A stretch of 64,000 nt of DNA from an uncultured Phycisphaerales bacterium (GTDB taxonomy: Bacteria; Planctomycetota; Phycisphaerae; Tepidisphaerales; Tepidisphaeraceae), in contig CAWBWQ010000001.1 in the NCBI GenBank assembly GCA_963792535.1, forward strand, positions 352,001 through 416,000. The letters are read 5' to 3'. Of this stretch, positions 21,167 to 33,300 are shown piece by piece. Both the position numbers and the translations under genes were made by a program. The notes beneath the pieces are model-generated. The model searched no databases. It was not told the origin of the DNA and was given only the letters and a program-made list of their open reading frames with translations. Positions within the stretch are counted from its first letter, which is position 1; each line of letters opens with the position of its first letter.

Positions 21167-24100
21167 TTGATTATAGAACCGCCGCCGAATGCCGAAACGC
21201 TCGATCCACGTCTGACCGTTCGCGGCTCAATCACAGCCTCTACATCCGATACATCAGCACAAACTGGCACGATTACCATCAGCCGGGGCAGCGGCCAAAG
21301 CCTTTTCCCCACCGATGCCGTTACTGCAAACTTTATTGAATCGCTTTCATCATTAGTAGGGCAGAACTGGTACATTCTACAGGATCAAGGCTGGTGGTGC
21401 TCGGAACGATTGCCGGATCGGCCAGACGACCAACAGCTGTGGGTTGGCACTTCGTCAACGGGTGGAAACATCATCGTTGCCGGCAACGTCGTTACTGTCG
21501 TCTCAGGCAGCTATTCAACCAATGACTTGACTACTTTATCCGCACTCGCGGATGGCTCTTATTCAACGCTCATCGACCAGGCCGGACGATGGAAAAAAGA
21601 TCAATTCACGAGCAATGAAGTTTTGTACTGGGGCAGCGACAATGCCCTCCACCGTGACACGATCGAGCACAACTTCACTACCATTCTTGTATTCGCCAAT
21701 CATTCGAGCTGGACGGGAGGCGGGCCATTCATCATCGTGCCCGCTGGAAACAAAGGCTACCCAGGCCGAACCCTATTGCCGGTGTTTCAATGGAATACAG
21801 GACTTAGTGAATCGCATGCAACACACTTGGCCGACGATTCGATAGGGTCATGGAAGTTGCCGACGATGTTTGCCAATATGAGTGACGGCGACAATTGCAT
21901 GGCCACATGCATGACGACATCGGTCCAGGTCTTCGATCTTTCCGCACAAATCGACCAATTTAATGATTGCGAAGGTTCGAGGGCCGGGCTGTTTCTTAAT
22001 CCCAAGGTCTCAAAATCACTGAGGTTCGTTCAGCAGGACATCGTGGACATATGCAAGAAATTCCTGGCACTACATGGATTACACAGGGCAGTCAGCAATC
22101 AACAACTTCAGCCCTGCAACGCTGTTTGATTCGCTCGGAATCAATAACTGGACTTCTGGCTATGTGTATGTCGACAGCAGCACACTGACTATCTCAGGCA
22201 CGCCCGATGATGCAGAATTTCCAATCACCGCCTACTATGCAGTCTTAAATGCAGACGGCACGTATACCGCCGGATCAGGCACACTCACAAACGCAACAAC
22301 GCTTTCGGGAACCGGGTTCACCGACACAACTCCACTTCCAACAGCAGTAGTAATCTCGCTGGGTTTCAGCCGGTACAAGCCGCGACACGTACGATACTTT
22401 TACCCGAAATCGTGCTTCATCCCGTCGACCGATTCCGGTGTGACCTACGACCCGCCCGCTGTAGGGTTTGCCGGTGACGGCTCAACACTCGATTTCACCG
22501 GGCAATGGGTAAGACGATCGCAATCGACCGGATATAAAAGCCGTGGTCCGTTGGGAACGCCATTCGACGGGCCGACGCCGTTTGTAGACGGGGAGCTTGC
22601 CACACATGTTGGGGATAACGCTGCCGACACCTGCATCACCACTGATGGCGCTACGCCGATTCCAAGTACACCCGGCGAGGCTTTGCTGGCACGCGTTCCG
22701 TATCTCGACCACTTTTACCGGGGAAAATATTCGTACACGCTTGAGCAAAAACGGCTTAATTCGCTCAAGGGAATCTCGACAGGCGGCACAGCACACAGCT
22801 TAAGTGATTCCACGCAAAATTGGTGGATAGATGGTATCAACGGAAGTCTGACGAAGACCGCCAGCGGAACCATCACCGCCGCGACCAGCTACGCCGCCGG
22901 GCCGCCAGTCATCCATGGAAGCGCCACCGTTTCAATCACGATTCCCACCACGGCCACCAACTGCGACTACACGGTCACTGATGCAACAACCGGGGCGATC
23001 GTGCTCGCAGGAACATCAGCAGTCACCGGCGGCTCAACTTCCACCACGCTTGCCAACGACGGTTTTACTACCGCCATGATCGGCGACACCGTAACCATGA
23101 TCTTCCAGGGCTGTTTGTTCCAGGACACCGGAACTGCAACGTCGGGCAGCACGACCAGCTTGACGGATACGGCGCACATCACCACCGGGTCAACAAACCC
23201 TTTATACCGATGGTGGTCAGCATCGCGGTTCATTGGATTCAGTAATCCATCGCCGTACACCGACTTCGTTTTGACTGTAAGCAGAACCGTCGTAGGCATT
23301 ACAACAACTTGGAAGATGCCAATCACATCCACTACATCAGGCAGCGGCGGTGTAACGTTTAATTTCTCAGCTGTGGCCGGTCTGACTGTCGCGGCGGGTG
23401 ATAGCTGGTCAGTCACGGAACCAAGCTATGAAATCAACAAATGGGAAAATCGTATTCTGAACATGACCGATCCATCTGGCATTAAGTACGCTGCAAAAAT
23501 CACTCACAGTGACAATGACACGCTGTTTTTCGGACAAGTGTATGACAGCAGCGGAACAGCAGTGACGCCCACGATTGGAGCTGGGTGGAGCTACACAATT
23601 GGTGACCGCCGGTTTGGTGGTGTATGGCAATGGGATGCCGATGGCGGGCTGGATGGAAGTGGAGCTTGGAACATTCCCGCCGGCAATGACATCGTTCGGC
23701 GCGGTGTGCCAACGCCCCAGCCGTTCCGATCCGATCAGACGATGAACTTGCCGACGATCGCCCGCGATTGTGGCTTTGTCATGATCGACGATTTGATGTG
23801 TGTCGAAACCTTCACAGAAATTCAGCAGACCATCAACGCGCTGAAAGCCACCAAACGAGATCCGGGCTGGTTTGCGTGTGCTGTGGATAGCGCCGGAAGT
23901 TTACGAAGGAAGTACCGGGAGCTTTGGAGAGGTTGCTGATTTTGCAACTGATGGCTCAGGAACGATGCCCGACCCACGATTCCCATACCCCGCCCGTGTG
24001 GAAGATACAACGCTCGCTGAAGCTGAAGCCGCGATAACGTATCTATTGCAAAATGGGAGTGTCTACTGGGATGACAGCGGCGGGCCGCCAGAACCCGCTG

Positions 24101-24651
24101 GATGGTTTCCTGGTGGCGCGACATCTGGCGCGGCTGTATCAGCTCCAAAAGTCGATAGCAGCTACTACAGCGAATACAACTTCAACGCAGATGGATCGGT
24201 GCGATACGGTAAGCTTTCAGTCAACCAGGACGCTTACTCCGGGTACCTTCGGGTCACTGATTTACCAACAGTGTTCGGTACAGCAGTGGACTATTACAAC
24301 TTTGCCGCGATCAGCCCGGCAACGGATCGGCTTGGACCAGACCCAGGTTCAACCACCACGGATATTCTAACAGTTGCTCATTCGTTCAATGCTTTTGGCC
24401 AGCCGGTCGCTTGGCGAGAATGGACAAAGTTCAGTAGCGGCTCGGTTTCGAGTGATGGCACAGCGGTAAGTGCGAAACTCGGCCGCGCAGATGAAAGCAG
24501 CGCGAATCCAATCCCGCTTATACCGGTCTGGGACGGCAACACCAGTTACGGGTATGACTACCCAGGTTATGATCGAAATGCGAACCGCATTGAAGGCTTT
24601 CAAATCACCGATCAAACGGCGGTTTTACTGTGGGACTTCACCTATATTTGA
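21167..24651 (+). CDS. Large Thr/Ser/Gly-rich beta-strand protein, phage tail/structural-like (three ORFs joined by frameshifts near 22070 and 23880)
   Basis: Overlapping co-directional ORFs of similar composition; recurring TGTATSGSTTSLTDT / GGTAHSLSDSTQNW / STLIDQAGRW motifs. Confidence 0.55.
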
Positions 24652-24724
24652 TCCTGTTCAACCGTTAGAGCACACGCCCCGAGCTTCGAAAATCATGCCA
24701 TAAACGCAGTTTGATGAAAAACAG

Positions 24725-24745
24725 TTTTTGCCACTGTTTTTGCCA
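24725..24745. repeat. Arm-type site, right
   Basis: Direct copy of 17346-17366. Confidence 0.8.
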
Positions 24746-24784
24746 GAAATGCGTTTTGAGTGTGTGTCAAGGGAAATGCGGAAT

Positions 24785-24809
24785 TCTACCACTGAGCTAC
24801 GCCCGCGAG
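24785..24809. repeat. att core, right copy (displaced 5' 22 nt of tRNA-Gly plus 3 nt leader)
   Basis: Identical to 17277-17301. Confidence 0.92.
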
Positions 24810-25345
24810 ATTAGGCAATTTCAAACTAAAACGGAAATCCAAGCCGTCTTTTCGTCATCTTTTAAGCACGGTGCGATGTCTCTCGAGAGACACTGCACAA
24901 CGTGCTATTTTACGTCGGAAACGAATCGGCTGCAACGCCGTCATTCCTGCCGTCACGGCGAAGCATAATACCGGGACTTGCACTCGATGCAAATGCCAGC
25001 GATTGTAGAATGTTTGCACGCAGTGAAAGTTTCACCGGGCGGGCTAACAAGGATGTAAGCCGGTCGGGTCATATAGCCACGCCTGTTTGAGCAGAAAATC
25101 GAGCGAGATGGTCCAGATGGATGGGCGTCGTCGGGCGTGAATTAAGATCTGCGAAGAAGTGCGCGCGGGCAACTCTATCTGAGCGGCGATGTGAGAGATG
25201 ACTGTGCCTTTGAGTCCGGCGAGCGGTCGTCAAGCGAAGGGTTTGTACGCGACATTTGAAAATCGTTCTGTGTGATGGCGGCATGCGTACCAACATTGCA
25301 GATGTGGGTGTTGCAATATCGCACCGCTGTGGATACATCCTTTCC

Positions 25346-25926
25346 ATGGCCAGGCTGAAAGCTCCGCAGCGTCGCGAACAACTCATTTCAGTGGCAACCA
25401 GACAGTTTGCAAAGTTCGGGTATGACGCAACCACAACCGATGCAATTGCCAAGGCTGCCGGCGTAACAGAGCCGATTTTATACCGGCATTTTGGATCAAA
25501 GCAGGAACTGTTTATTGCTATCAGCGCGCGGTGAGCGATCAGACGCTTGAGCATTGGCGGGGGTTGATTAAGCCCATCGACGATCCGGCGGAACAGTTGC
25601 GGGAAATCGCCAGGCAGTTTCCAAGTCATCTCAAGGAGATGGGCGATGCATATCGCGTCATTCATAATGCGCTGACAACCAGCAGGGATCGCAAAGTGCT
25701 GGCCGTCCTGCGAGAACATTACTTTCAGATGGAGGCGTTCTTTTCCACGGTAATCAAAACCGGAATTGAGCGGCGTGATTTTGGGAAAGTGAATCCCAAG
25801 ACCGCTTGTTGGAACCTCATCAATACAGGATTGGGCTATGCGTTAGTAACGCTGAACCTTGCTCCGTTTGATATGTTTGACGTTGAAGACGCGATCGAAT
25901 TTATAATAAGGGGATTAGCAGCGTGA
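25346..25926 (+). CDS. TetR/AcrR-family regulator (frameshift near 25530)
   Basis: RREQLISVATRQFAKFGYDATT..IAKAAGVTEPILYRHFGSKQEL HTH. Confidence 0.9.
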
Positions 25927-25974
25927 CATCAAATTTTTTCGAATGAAACCTGATGTGTTGGACCTGCTTAAAAT

Positions 25975-27285
25975 CTATGCCTTGAGGATCGGAAATGTCG
26001 GAAACTGGGCGCCGAGGATGGGTTTGCTCGGGGTATCCAGCCAATTCTGCAGCACGGTTGCGTAAACACTTCTGAAATCGACGTTGAATTTCAAGTCACC
26101 TTGGTCTAAATCCGTAAGTGAAGGGTGGTTTCCCAGCAGGCCGGGAGCGATCTTCGAAGCGATGAGCATCAAGTTCGACGCCACTCCGTGATCGGTCCCA
26201 CCACTTGCGTTTTGCTCTACCCGCCGACCGAATTCACTAAAAGTCATCATGAGCACGCGGTCGAGATTTCCTTGCTGCTTGAGATCTTTCTGGAACGCGC
26301 CGATCCCCTGCGCTAAATCCGTCATCAATTTGTCGTGGCGGGGCCCCTGGTTCGCGTGCGTGTCAAACCCGCCGAGGCTTACATAGTAAACGCGGGTTGG
26401 CAATCCACCGGCAATCATGGCGGCGATGGTTTGAAGCCCGCTGCCGAATTCACCCGCTGGATATGCGTCACTGCGATGTTCGCGGGTCATGCGTAGAATA
26501 TCATCGCTACTGACCTGCGCATCCATCGCGGTACGTTGCAGAAAATCCAACTGCGACGCAGGCGTGATCTCGATTTTTTTTCGGTGATCGGTGGTTTCAG
26601 CAAGCGTATTGGGCATCATATTTGACGCCGAGGCAGCGCCGGAAACCTGGTTTAGCTTCTCATATGATGCGCGATCCGTTCCCTGGTATCGGTAGGCTTC
26701 AGGGCGCTCGATTGACAGTGGCATTACCTTCTCGCCCTGCATCATCAAGGGCAGGGTATGGCCGATGGCAACGCCGACATGCGGATCGCAGCCCGGGCAG
26801 GCATTGTCAAAATATCGACCCACCCAGCCGCTGCTCACCACGTCCCGGTCCGGCTGTCCCGAAGCCCAGATGTCCGTCGATCGAAAATGCGACCGACTCG
26901 GGTTCGGATACCCCACACCCTGCACGATCCCAAGCTGCCCGTCATCATACATCTGCTTCAACGGCGCGAGGTTGGGATGCAGACCGAGATAATTATTGAT
27001 CTTCAACACGGATTTACCGTCGAAACCAATGACCGGGCGCACCCGGTGATATGCATCGTCCGCGTATGGGACAACCATGCTGAGTCCGTCATTACCACCG
27101 GCGAGTTGAACGACCACAAGGATTTTCCCATCCTTGCCCGAGGGTTGCTGAATCAGGGAATGATCTCTGGCGTTGTTCAGCGCCATTACCGTTTGATCCA
27201 GAAAGGCGGGAATGGTCGGCGCCGCTGCCAGAATGGTCAGGCCGCGTTGCAGAAACACGCGGCGGGTGGAGAAAATCTTTTTCAT
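25975..27285 (-). CDS. DUF1501 family protein (Tat signal)
   Basis: TRRVFL, VQLAGGNDGL, SHFRS, GGFDTH, SEFGRR, GTDHG. Confidence 0.9.
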   Translation of the reverse strand: MKKIFSTRRVFLQRGLTILAAAPTIPAFLDQTVMALNNARDHSLIQQPSGKDGKILVVVQLAGGNDGLSMVVPYADDAYHRVRPVIGFDGKSVLKINNYLGLHPNLAPLKQMYDDGQLGIVQGVGYPNPSRSHFRSTDIWASGQPDRDVVSSGWVGRYFDNACPGCDPHVGVAIGHTLPLMMQGEKVMPLSIERPEAYRYQGTDRASYEKLNQVSGAASASNMMPNTLAETTDHRKKIEITPASQLDFLQRTAMDAQVSSDDILRMTREHRSDAYPAGEFGSGLQTIAAMIAGGLPTRVYYVSLGGFDTHANQGPRHDKLMTDLAQGIGAFQKDLKQQGNLDRVLMMTFSEFGRRVEQNASGGTDHGVASNLMLIASKIAPGLLGNHPSLTDLDQGDLKFNVDFRSVYATVLQNWLDTPSKPILGAQFPTFPILKA

Positions 27286-27362
27286 TTGTTTTCCTCGCAG
27301 ACTTTTGCAGGCCGGTCACGAATCAAAACCAACCTTCACCTTCAACCCGCCGCCGGCGCTCC

Positions 27363-28793
27363 TCAGCACAACTGGTAATCCGGCATCGACATAATCAACT
27401 GCAGCATTTTTCTAATGTTCTGTTCACGATCCGGTTGATTTCCCAGCGCATCGATCAGCACCGCGCGTTTATCGCTGGCGATGGGGCGTTGGATCAGCCG
27501 GTTGACCCAGTAATCCACCACCGCATTCGCGTCTGCTGCGTCTTTTGTTTCGTCACTGAGATGGCTCTTGTCGGCTCGCGGAATTTGTCCGTTCAGCAGG
27601 CGATATCCCGTGTTGTATCGAACAAATAACGTGCTGGTGTTGATCCACATCCGACCACCCGGCCACCCGCGCACGTTCGGCGGTGAGAAGGGGACCTGCC
27701 CCATCTGATTTAAGGGTCCGATCAACTGCTGATCCGGCGGCATCATCAAATTCAGCTGACGCACCGTGCCAATCACCAGTTGCAGTGGGCATTTGATCTG
27801 CGCCCGATCGCCTGCGCACTGTAAAATGCTTTACTGCTGAGAATCATTTTCACCAGCGGGCGAATTTCATAGTTGCTGTTGCGGAATTCAAATCCGATTG
27901 CGTCCGCCAGCGTGTCGTCCACTTCTTCATACGCGAAATAGCGAAACAGTTTTGTCCCTACAAAGCGCGATGCGATGTTCGGCGACAGGATGATGTCAAT
28001 CGCATCATCGCCGTTAAAATTTCCACGATGACCGAGGAAGGTTTTGACGCCTTCATCGTGGTCAAACTTGCGGAAAACATAATCGGTTCCATCGTGGGCC
28101 CAGCCGGTGAAAGCGCAGAGCGCCTTGTTTCACATCGTCCTCGGTGTAGTTACCGATGCCCAGGGTGAAAAGCTCCATAAGCTCGCGAGCGTAATTTTCG
28201 TTCGGATGCGCTTTTCGATTCTGTGTATTGTTCAGGTAGTCCAGCATCGCTGGGTCGCGGCTGATCGCGCGAACAAACTGCCGAAAATTCCCCACCGCCA
28301 TTTTGCGCAGCAGTTCGTTTTGCCTCCACATCAATGCGGCACTGCGTTCATCCTTATCGCTGGTGACGAAATGCCCGTGCCAGAAAAGGGTCAGTTTTTC
28401 CTGCAGTGGATAAGGACCGTCGGTCATGCGGCGCATCCACCAGTTGACCGTTGCGCGAATCGCCTCCGCATTGGCCATCATCACCTTCTGGCGAAGCACT
28501 TTTATCTCAGCGGGAGACTTGCCCATCTGCTGCTGGCGAAGCTCTTTGAATGTCGCGGGATAGCCGTCCAGCGCCGCCAGGTTAGGAACATCTGTTCCCT
28601 GTTCTTCAGCGCATTGATCGGGAAAACTCAGCAGCCAATCGACCGCGCCGCCCGGCCCCAGTTCCAGGACCTTCTGCACTTCGTCGATTGTCCCGCCAAA
28701 GCCCGCGCGGTTGAGCAGATGTGCAGCTTTCACCGAGTCAAACGGATCGTCATCCGTCGGCACAAAAGGCTGCAGCAGCTTGTGGGTTGCCAT
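27363..28793 (-). CDS. DUF1800 family protein (two frameshifts)
   Basis: HLLNRAGFG, LFWHGHF, PNENYARELMELFTLG, PPNVRGW, PDYQLC. Confidence 0.88.
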
Positions 28794-28971
28794 GTTCGCT
28801 TCCGAGTTTGACCACGACCATCACGGACAAATCAAAAACGCACGAAGCACGGATTTATTGCAATCACCGGCGCAGTGCCGCGTTCAGTGGAAAATCAATT
28901 CCCGTGAAATCTACCCGGCCACCCGCCATCGCTCTATACTGCATATCGACCCAGAGGAGTATTTATTTAAT

Positions 28972-29865
28972 ATGTCTGACCAAAACGAGCTTTTGCTTCA
29001 ATTAGGCCACTCTCCCGACCCTGACGACGCCTTTATGTTCTACGGTTTGGCCAGGGATAAGTTCCCTACCGGCCGTTATCGGTTCAACCACGTTCTTCAG
29101 GATATCCAAACCCTCAGCCACCGCGCCCGCAGTGGCGAGCTGGAAATCACCGCGATCTCCATCCATGCCTATCCTTATGTCAGCGACAAATATGCCCTGA
29201 CCAGCTGTGGCAGCAGCATGGGCGATGGATACGGTCCGATGGTGGTTGCCACCAAGCCCATTTCGCTTGAGGCCCTGATCGGCAAAACCATCGCGATCCC
29301 CGGCGAACTGACCACCGCGTTCCTGGCACTGCAACTCTGCATCGGCAGGGGGGCAAAAAAAGGCACCCATCCTGATAATTTCAAGCCCGCGTTCTACTAC
29401 GAGGTCGTTCATTTTGATGAAATTCCAGCCTTCGTTCAGCAAGGTCGCGCCGATGCCGGGCTAATCATTCACGAAGGCCAGTTGACGTATGAAAAGATGG
29501 GGCTTCACCTTGTCCTGGACACAGGAATCTGGTGGCAGACCCGGACAGGCCTGCCCCTGCCCCTGGGCGGCAACTGCATCCGTAAGAACCTGGGCCCAAC
29601 CGTGATGCAGGAAGTCACCGACATTCTCCGTCATTCGATTCAGTTCAGTCTGGATCATCGCCCTGAAGCGGTTGAGTATTCGCTGCAGTACGGGCGGGAT
29701 CTGGACAGCAAACTGGCCGATCAGTTTGTCGGTATGTACGTCAATCACTGGACGCTGGACTATGGCGCGCGCGGACGCGAGGCGATCACGCGGCTGTTAA
29801 AGGAAGGCGCTGCCGCCGGGCTCGTGCCGGACGCGGGCGAGATCGAATACATCACCGCTCGCTGA
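28972..29865 (+). CDS. mqnD: 1,4-dihydroxy-6-naphthoate synthase (futalosine menaquinone pathway)
   Basis: GHSPDPDDAFMFY, GYGP, IIHEGQLTY, LPLPLG, MYVN. Confidence 0.9.
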   Translation: MSDQNELLLQLGHSPDPDDAFMFYGLARDKFPTGRYRFNHVLQDIQTLSHRARSGELEITAISIHAYPYVSDKYALTSCGSSMGDGYGPMVVATKPISLEALIGKTIAIPGELTTAFLALQLCIGRGAKKGTHPDNFKPAFYYEVVHFDEIPAFVQQGRADAGLIIHEGQLTYEKMGLHLVLDTGIWWQTRTGLPLPLGGNCIRKNLGPTVMQEVTDILRHSIQFSLDHRPEAVEYSLQYGRDLDSKLADQFVGMYVNHWTLDYGARGREAITRLLKEGAAAGLVPDAGEIEYITAR

Positions 29866-30063
29866 CCGAATGGGCCAGCAATCAATCTTGCATTGCTGCT
29901 GAAAAAAACTTCGCGCGTTCAGGCGACCGGCAATCGTTATCAGGTCGTCGAGAAGCACCTTGTCGCGCACGGCATAATGATATGGCTCGGTTTCAAACGG
30001 CACGGTGGTTCGGCGTGTTTCTCCATCGCGGGGACCCGCCGGAATGTTTTCGCTGTATGACAT
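29797..30063 (-). CDS. Small hypothetical protein
   Basis: AAAGGT RBS before ATG; 3' end overlaps mqnD end, so the true end is uncertain. Confidence 0.35.
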   Translation of the reverse strand: MSYSENIPAGPRDGETRRTTVPFETEPYHYAVRDKVLLDDLITIAGRLNARSFFQQQCKIDCWPIRSASGDVFDLARVRHEPGGSAFL

Positions 30064-30323
30064 GCTTACCTTTCGCTGAGGGTGGGGAAAAAACGCACTC
30101 GTTCATTACTAAGGCCGGAATACGACTCGGTCTGACGTTAATGCTGTCGTAAGGAAAGTTGTGGACCTTACTTAGGAAAAATATGCAGCGCGTTACGCCT
30201 GGCGGCCAAACACCAGTGTTTTCCGCTCTCGTGGAGGACGGGATCATGCGTAACCTTGTGCGGGTTAATGATTTCGGCAATTGACGGCGGGGCGGGGAAG
30301 GCATTCAATGCAGTACGCCGTTT

Positions 30324-33300
30324 ATGAGTCTTTCCACGCCCTTTATTCATCGTCCTGTCGCAACGACGCTGCTTACGATTGCGGTCGCGCTGGCGGGCGG
30401 GCTGGCGTATTTTTTCCTGCCGGTTTCTCCATTGCCGCAGGTGGATTATCCAAGCGTTTCGGTGTCAGCGTCATTGCCAGGGGCAAGCCCCGAGACCATG
30501 GCGTCAGCGGTGGCGACACCGCTGGAGCGGCAATTTGGTCGCATCGCCGCCGTTACCGAAATGACGTCAAGTTCGTCGCTGGGGACGACAAATATAACGC
30601 TGGTTTTTGATTTGAATCGCGACATCGACTCCGCCGCCCGGGATGTGCAGGCAGCTATTAATGCCGCAGCGGGCAACCTGCCAGCGAACCTGCCCAGCAA
30701 GCCCGGATATAAGAAAATCAATCCCGCCGACGCGCCGATCATGATTTTGACGGTGACGTCAGACGTCTATGACAGGCCGCACTTGTATAACACGGCCTCG
30801 TCGATCCTGGCCCAGAAGCTGGCGCAGGTGCAGGGGGTCGGGCAGGTCAGTGTGAATGGTTCGGCGCTTCCATCGGTGCGCGTGGAGGTGAATCCGACCC
30901 TGCTGAACAATTTCGGGCTCGGGCTGGAGGATGTCCGCAATGCGCTGTCGGCTTCCAACTCGAATATTCCCAAGGGGCAGTTGAGTGGTGTCAACGGCAC
31001 ACTGTCGCTGAATACCTCAGATCAGCTTTTTACCGCCAACCAGTATCGCACTTTGTTGATTGCGTACCGCCACGGGGCGGCGGTGCGGGTGGGCGATGTT
31101 GCGGAGGTGGTCGATTCTGTTGAAGACACGCGCCAGATGGGGCTCGTCTGCACGGCGGCGGGAAACAAGTCGGCAGTCTTGTTGATGATCTTTCGCCAGC
31201 CCGGCGCAAACATCATCAACACAGTGGAACAGATTAACAACCTGCTGCCGCAACTGCGGGCCTCGATCCCCGCGGGGATGAACCTGGGGGTTGGTCTGGA
31301 CCGGACATTGACGATCCGCGCCAGCGTGCACGACGTTGAGGTGACGCTGCTGATTTCCATCTCGCTGGTCATCCTGGTGGTGTTTGTATTCCTGCGGGAT
31401 TGGCGCGCGACGATCATCCCCAGTGTGGCGGTGCCGGTCTCACTGATCGGCACGTTCGCGGTCATGTACCTGCTGGGTTACAGCCTCGATAACCTGTCGC
31501 TGATGGCGCTGACCATAGCGACGGGGTTTGTGGTTGATGATGCCATTGTGGTGGTGGAAAACATTTCGCGGCATATCGAGGACGGACTACTCCCGCTTGA
31601 CGCCGCCTTGAAAGGCGCGGAGGAAATCGGTTTCACCGTGCTTTCCATCAGCGTTTCCCTGGTGGCGGTATTTATCCCGATCCTGCTGATGGGCGGATAT
31701 ATCGGGCGGTTATTCAGGGAATTCGCGGTAACACTGTCGGTGGCAATTTTCGTATCGATGCTGGTGTCGCTGACGACAACTCCCATGATGGCGGCGGTGC
31801 TGCTCAGGTCGCGGGGTAACCGGAAACCAAGCGCACTCTTCCAGTTAACCGAGCGGATGCACCAGATCGTTCCGAACCTGTACGAGCGAGGTTTGCGCTG
31901 GGTTATCCGGCATCAACCTTTGATGCTGGCAGTTACGGTGGCAACTATCGCCTTGACGGTGTTTCTCTTCATCGAAATCCCCAAGGGGTTTTTCCCGCAA
32001 CAGGACACCGGGCGAATTTCTGGTTCGTTGAAAGCGGATCAGGACACCAGTTTTCAGGCCATGAGCGAACGGCTGGATCAGTTCGCGCACATCGTCGCGT
32101 CCGATCAGGATGTGGATACGATCCTGGCTTTCAGTGGAGGCCGCGGCGCATTCAACCAGGCGAATATGTTCGGCACGCTGAAACAGATCGGCGTCCGCAA
32201 GAACAGCGTGGACCAGGTCGCGGCGAACCTTCGCAAGGAAACCGCGCAGCTTCCAGGCGCGACACTGATCTTTCAGCCGGTGCAGGACATCCGCATCGGT
32301 GGTCGCGGCGCAAGCGCGCAGTATCAATACACGCTGCAAGGCGACGATCTGACGGAACTGAACACCTGGGCTCCGAAGCTGGCGAGAAAGCTTAAGACGA
32401 TGGCTTCTGCAGGCATTGTGGATGTGGACAGCGACCAGCAGATTGGCGGGCTTCAGGCCGATCTGAATATCGATCGCGCCACCGCCAAGCGGCTGGGCAT
32501 CACGGCCGCTCAGATCGACCGAACGCTGTACGATGCGTTCGGCCAGGAACAGGTGTCGGTGATGTACACGCAGCTGAACCAGTATCACGTCGTGATGGAG
32601 GTCAACAGCTCGTTTCTGCAGAATCCGGATAGTCTCAAGTATGTCTATGTGCAGGGAACCGGCGGGGTGCAGGTGCCTCTGTCGGCGTTTACCACGATGA
32701 AGCAGGACAACACCCCGTTGTCGGTGAATCACACGGGGCAGTTTCCGTCGATCACCATTTCGTTCAACCTGCTGCCCGGTGTTTCGCTCGGCGACGCGGT
32801 GACGGAGATTGAAAATGCAAGTCGGGATATTGGAATGCCGGCGGACATCCATGCAAAGTTTGCGGGCACCGCGCAGGCGTATCAGGATTCGCTGGGGAAC
32901 ATGAAGCTGTTGATCGCGGCAGCAATTTTGACTGTCTACATCGTGCTGGGAGTGCTGTACGAAAGCCTGATTCACCCAGTTACGATTTTATCCACACTGC
33001 CCTCAGCGGGCGTGGGCGCTTTGCTGGCGCTGCTGGCGATGCGAACAGATCTGACGGTGATCGCGGATATCGGGATCATTCTGCTGATCGGCATCGTGAA
33101 GAAAAATGCGATCATGATGATCGACTTTGCGCTGGAGGCCGAGCGCACCCTGGGCAAGAGCCCCGAAGAGGCGATATTGCAGGCAGCCACGCTGCGATTT
33201 CGACCGATCACGATGACCACCATGGCGGCGCTGCTGGGCGGGCTGCCCCTGGCCATCGGCGGAGGTACCGGCAGCGAACTGCGTCAGCCGCTTGGCATCG

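Larger units (their letters stand above)
17277..24809. mobile_element. 7.5-kb integrative element/prophage remnant inserted in the 5' end of tRNA-Gly
   Basis: Perfect 25-bp direct repeat TCTACCACTGAGCTACGCCCGCGAG at both ends; integrase at the left end; shared internal repeats. Confidence 0.9.

Noticed and set aside
24785..24809. Second tRNA gene
   Set aside because: Only the 5' 22 nt are present; no anticodon or T arm. It is the att duplicate.
24810..25345. Riboswitch or sRNA in the long intergenic region
   Set aside because: No recognisable aptamer consensus; needs an Rfam scan.
30064..30323. Structured RNA upstream of the small minus-strand ORF
   Set aside because: Only short 5-6 bp complementarities; indistinguishable from chance.
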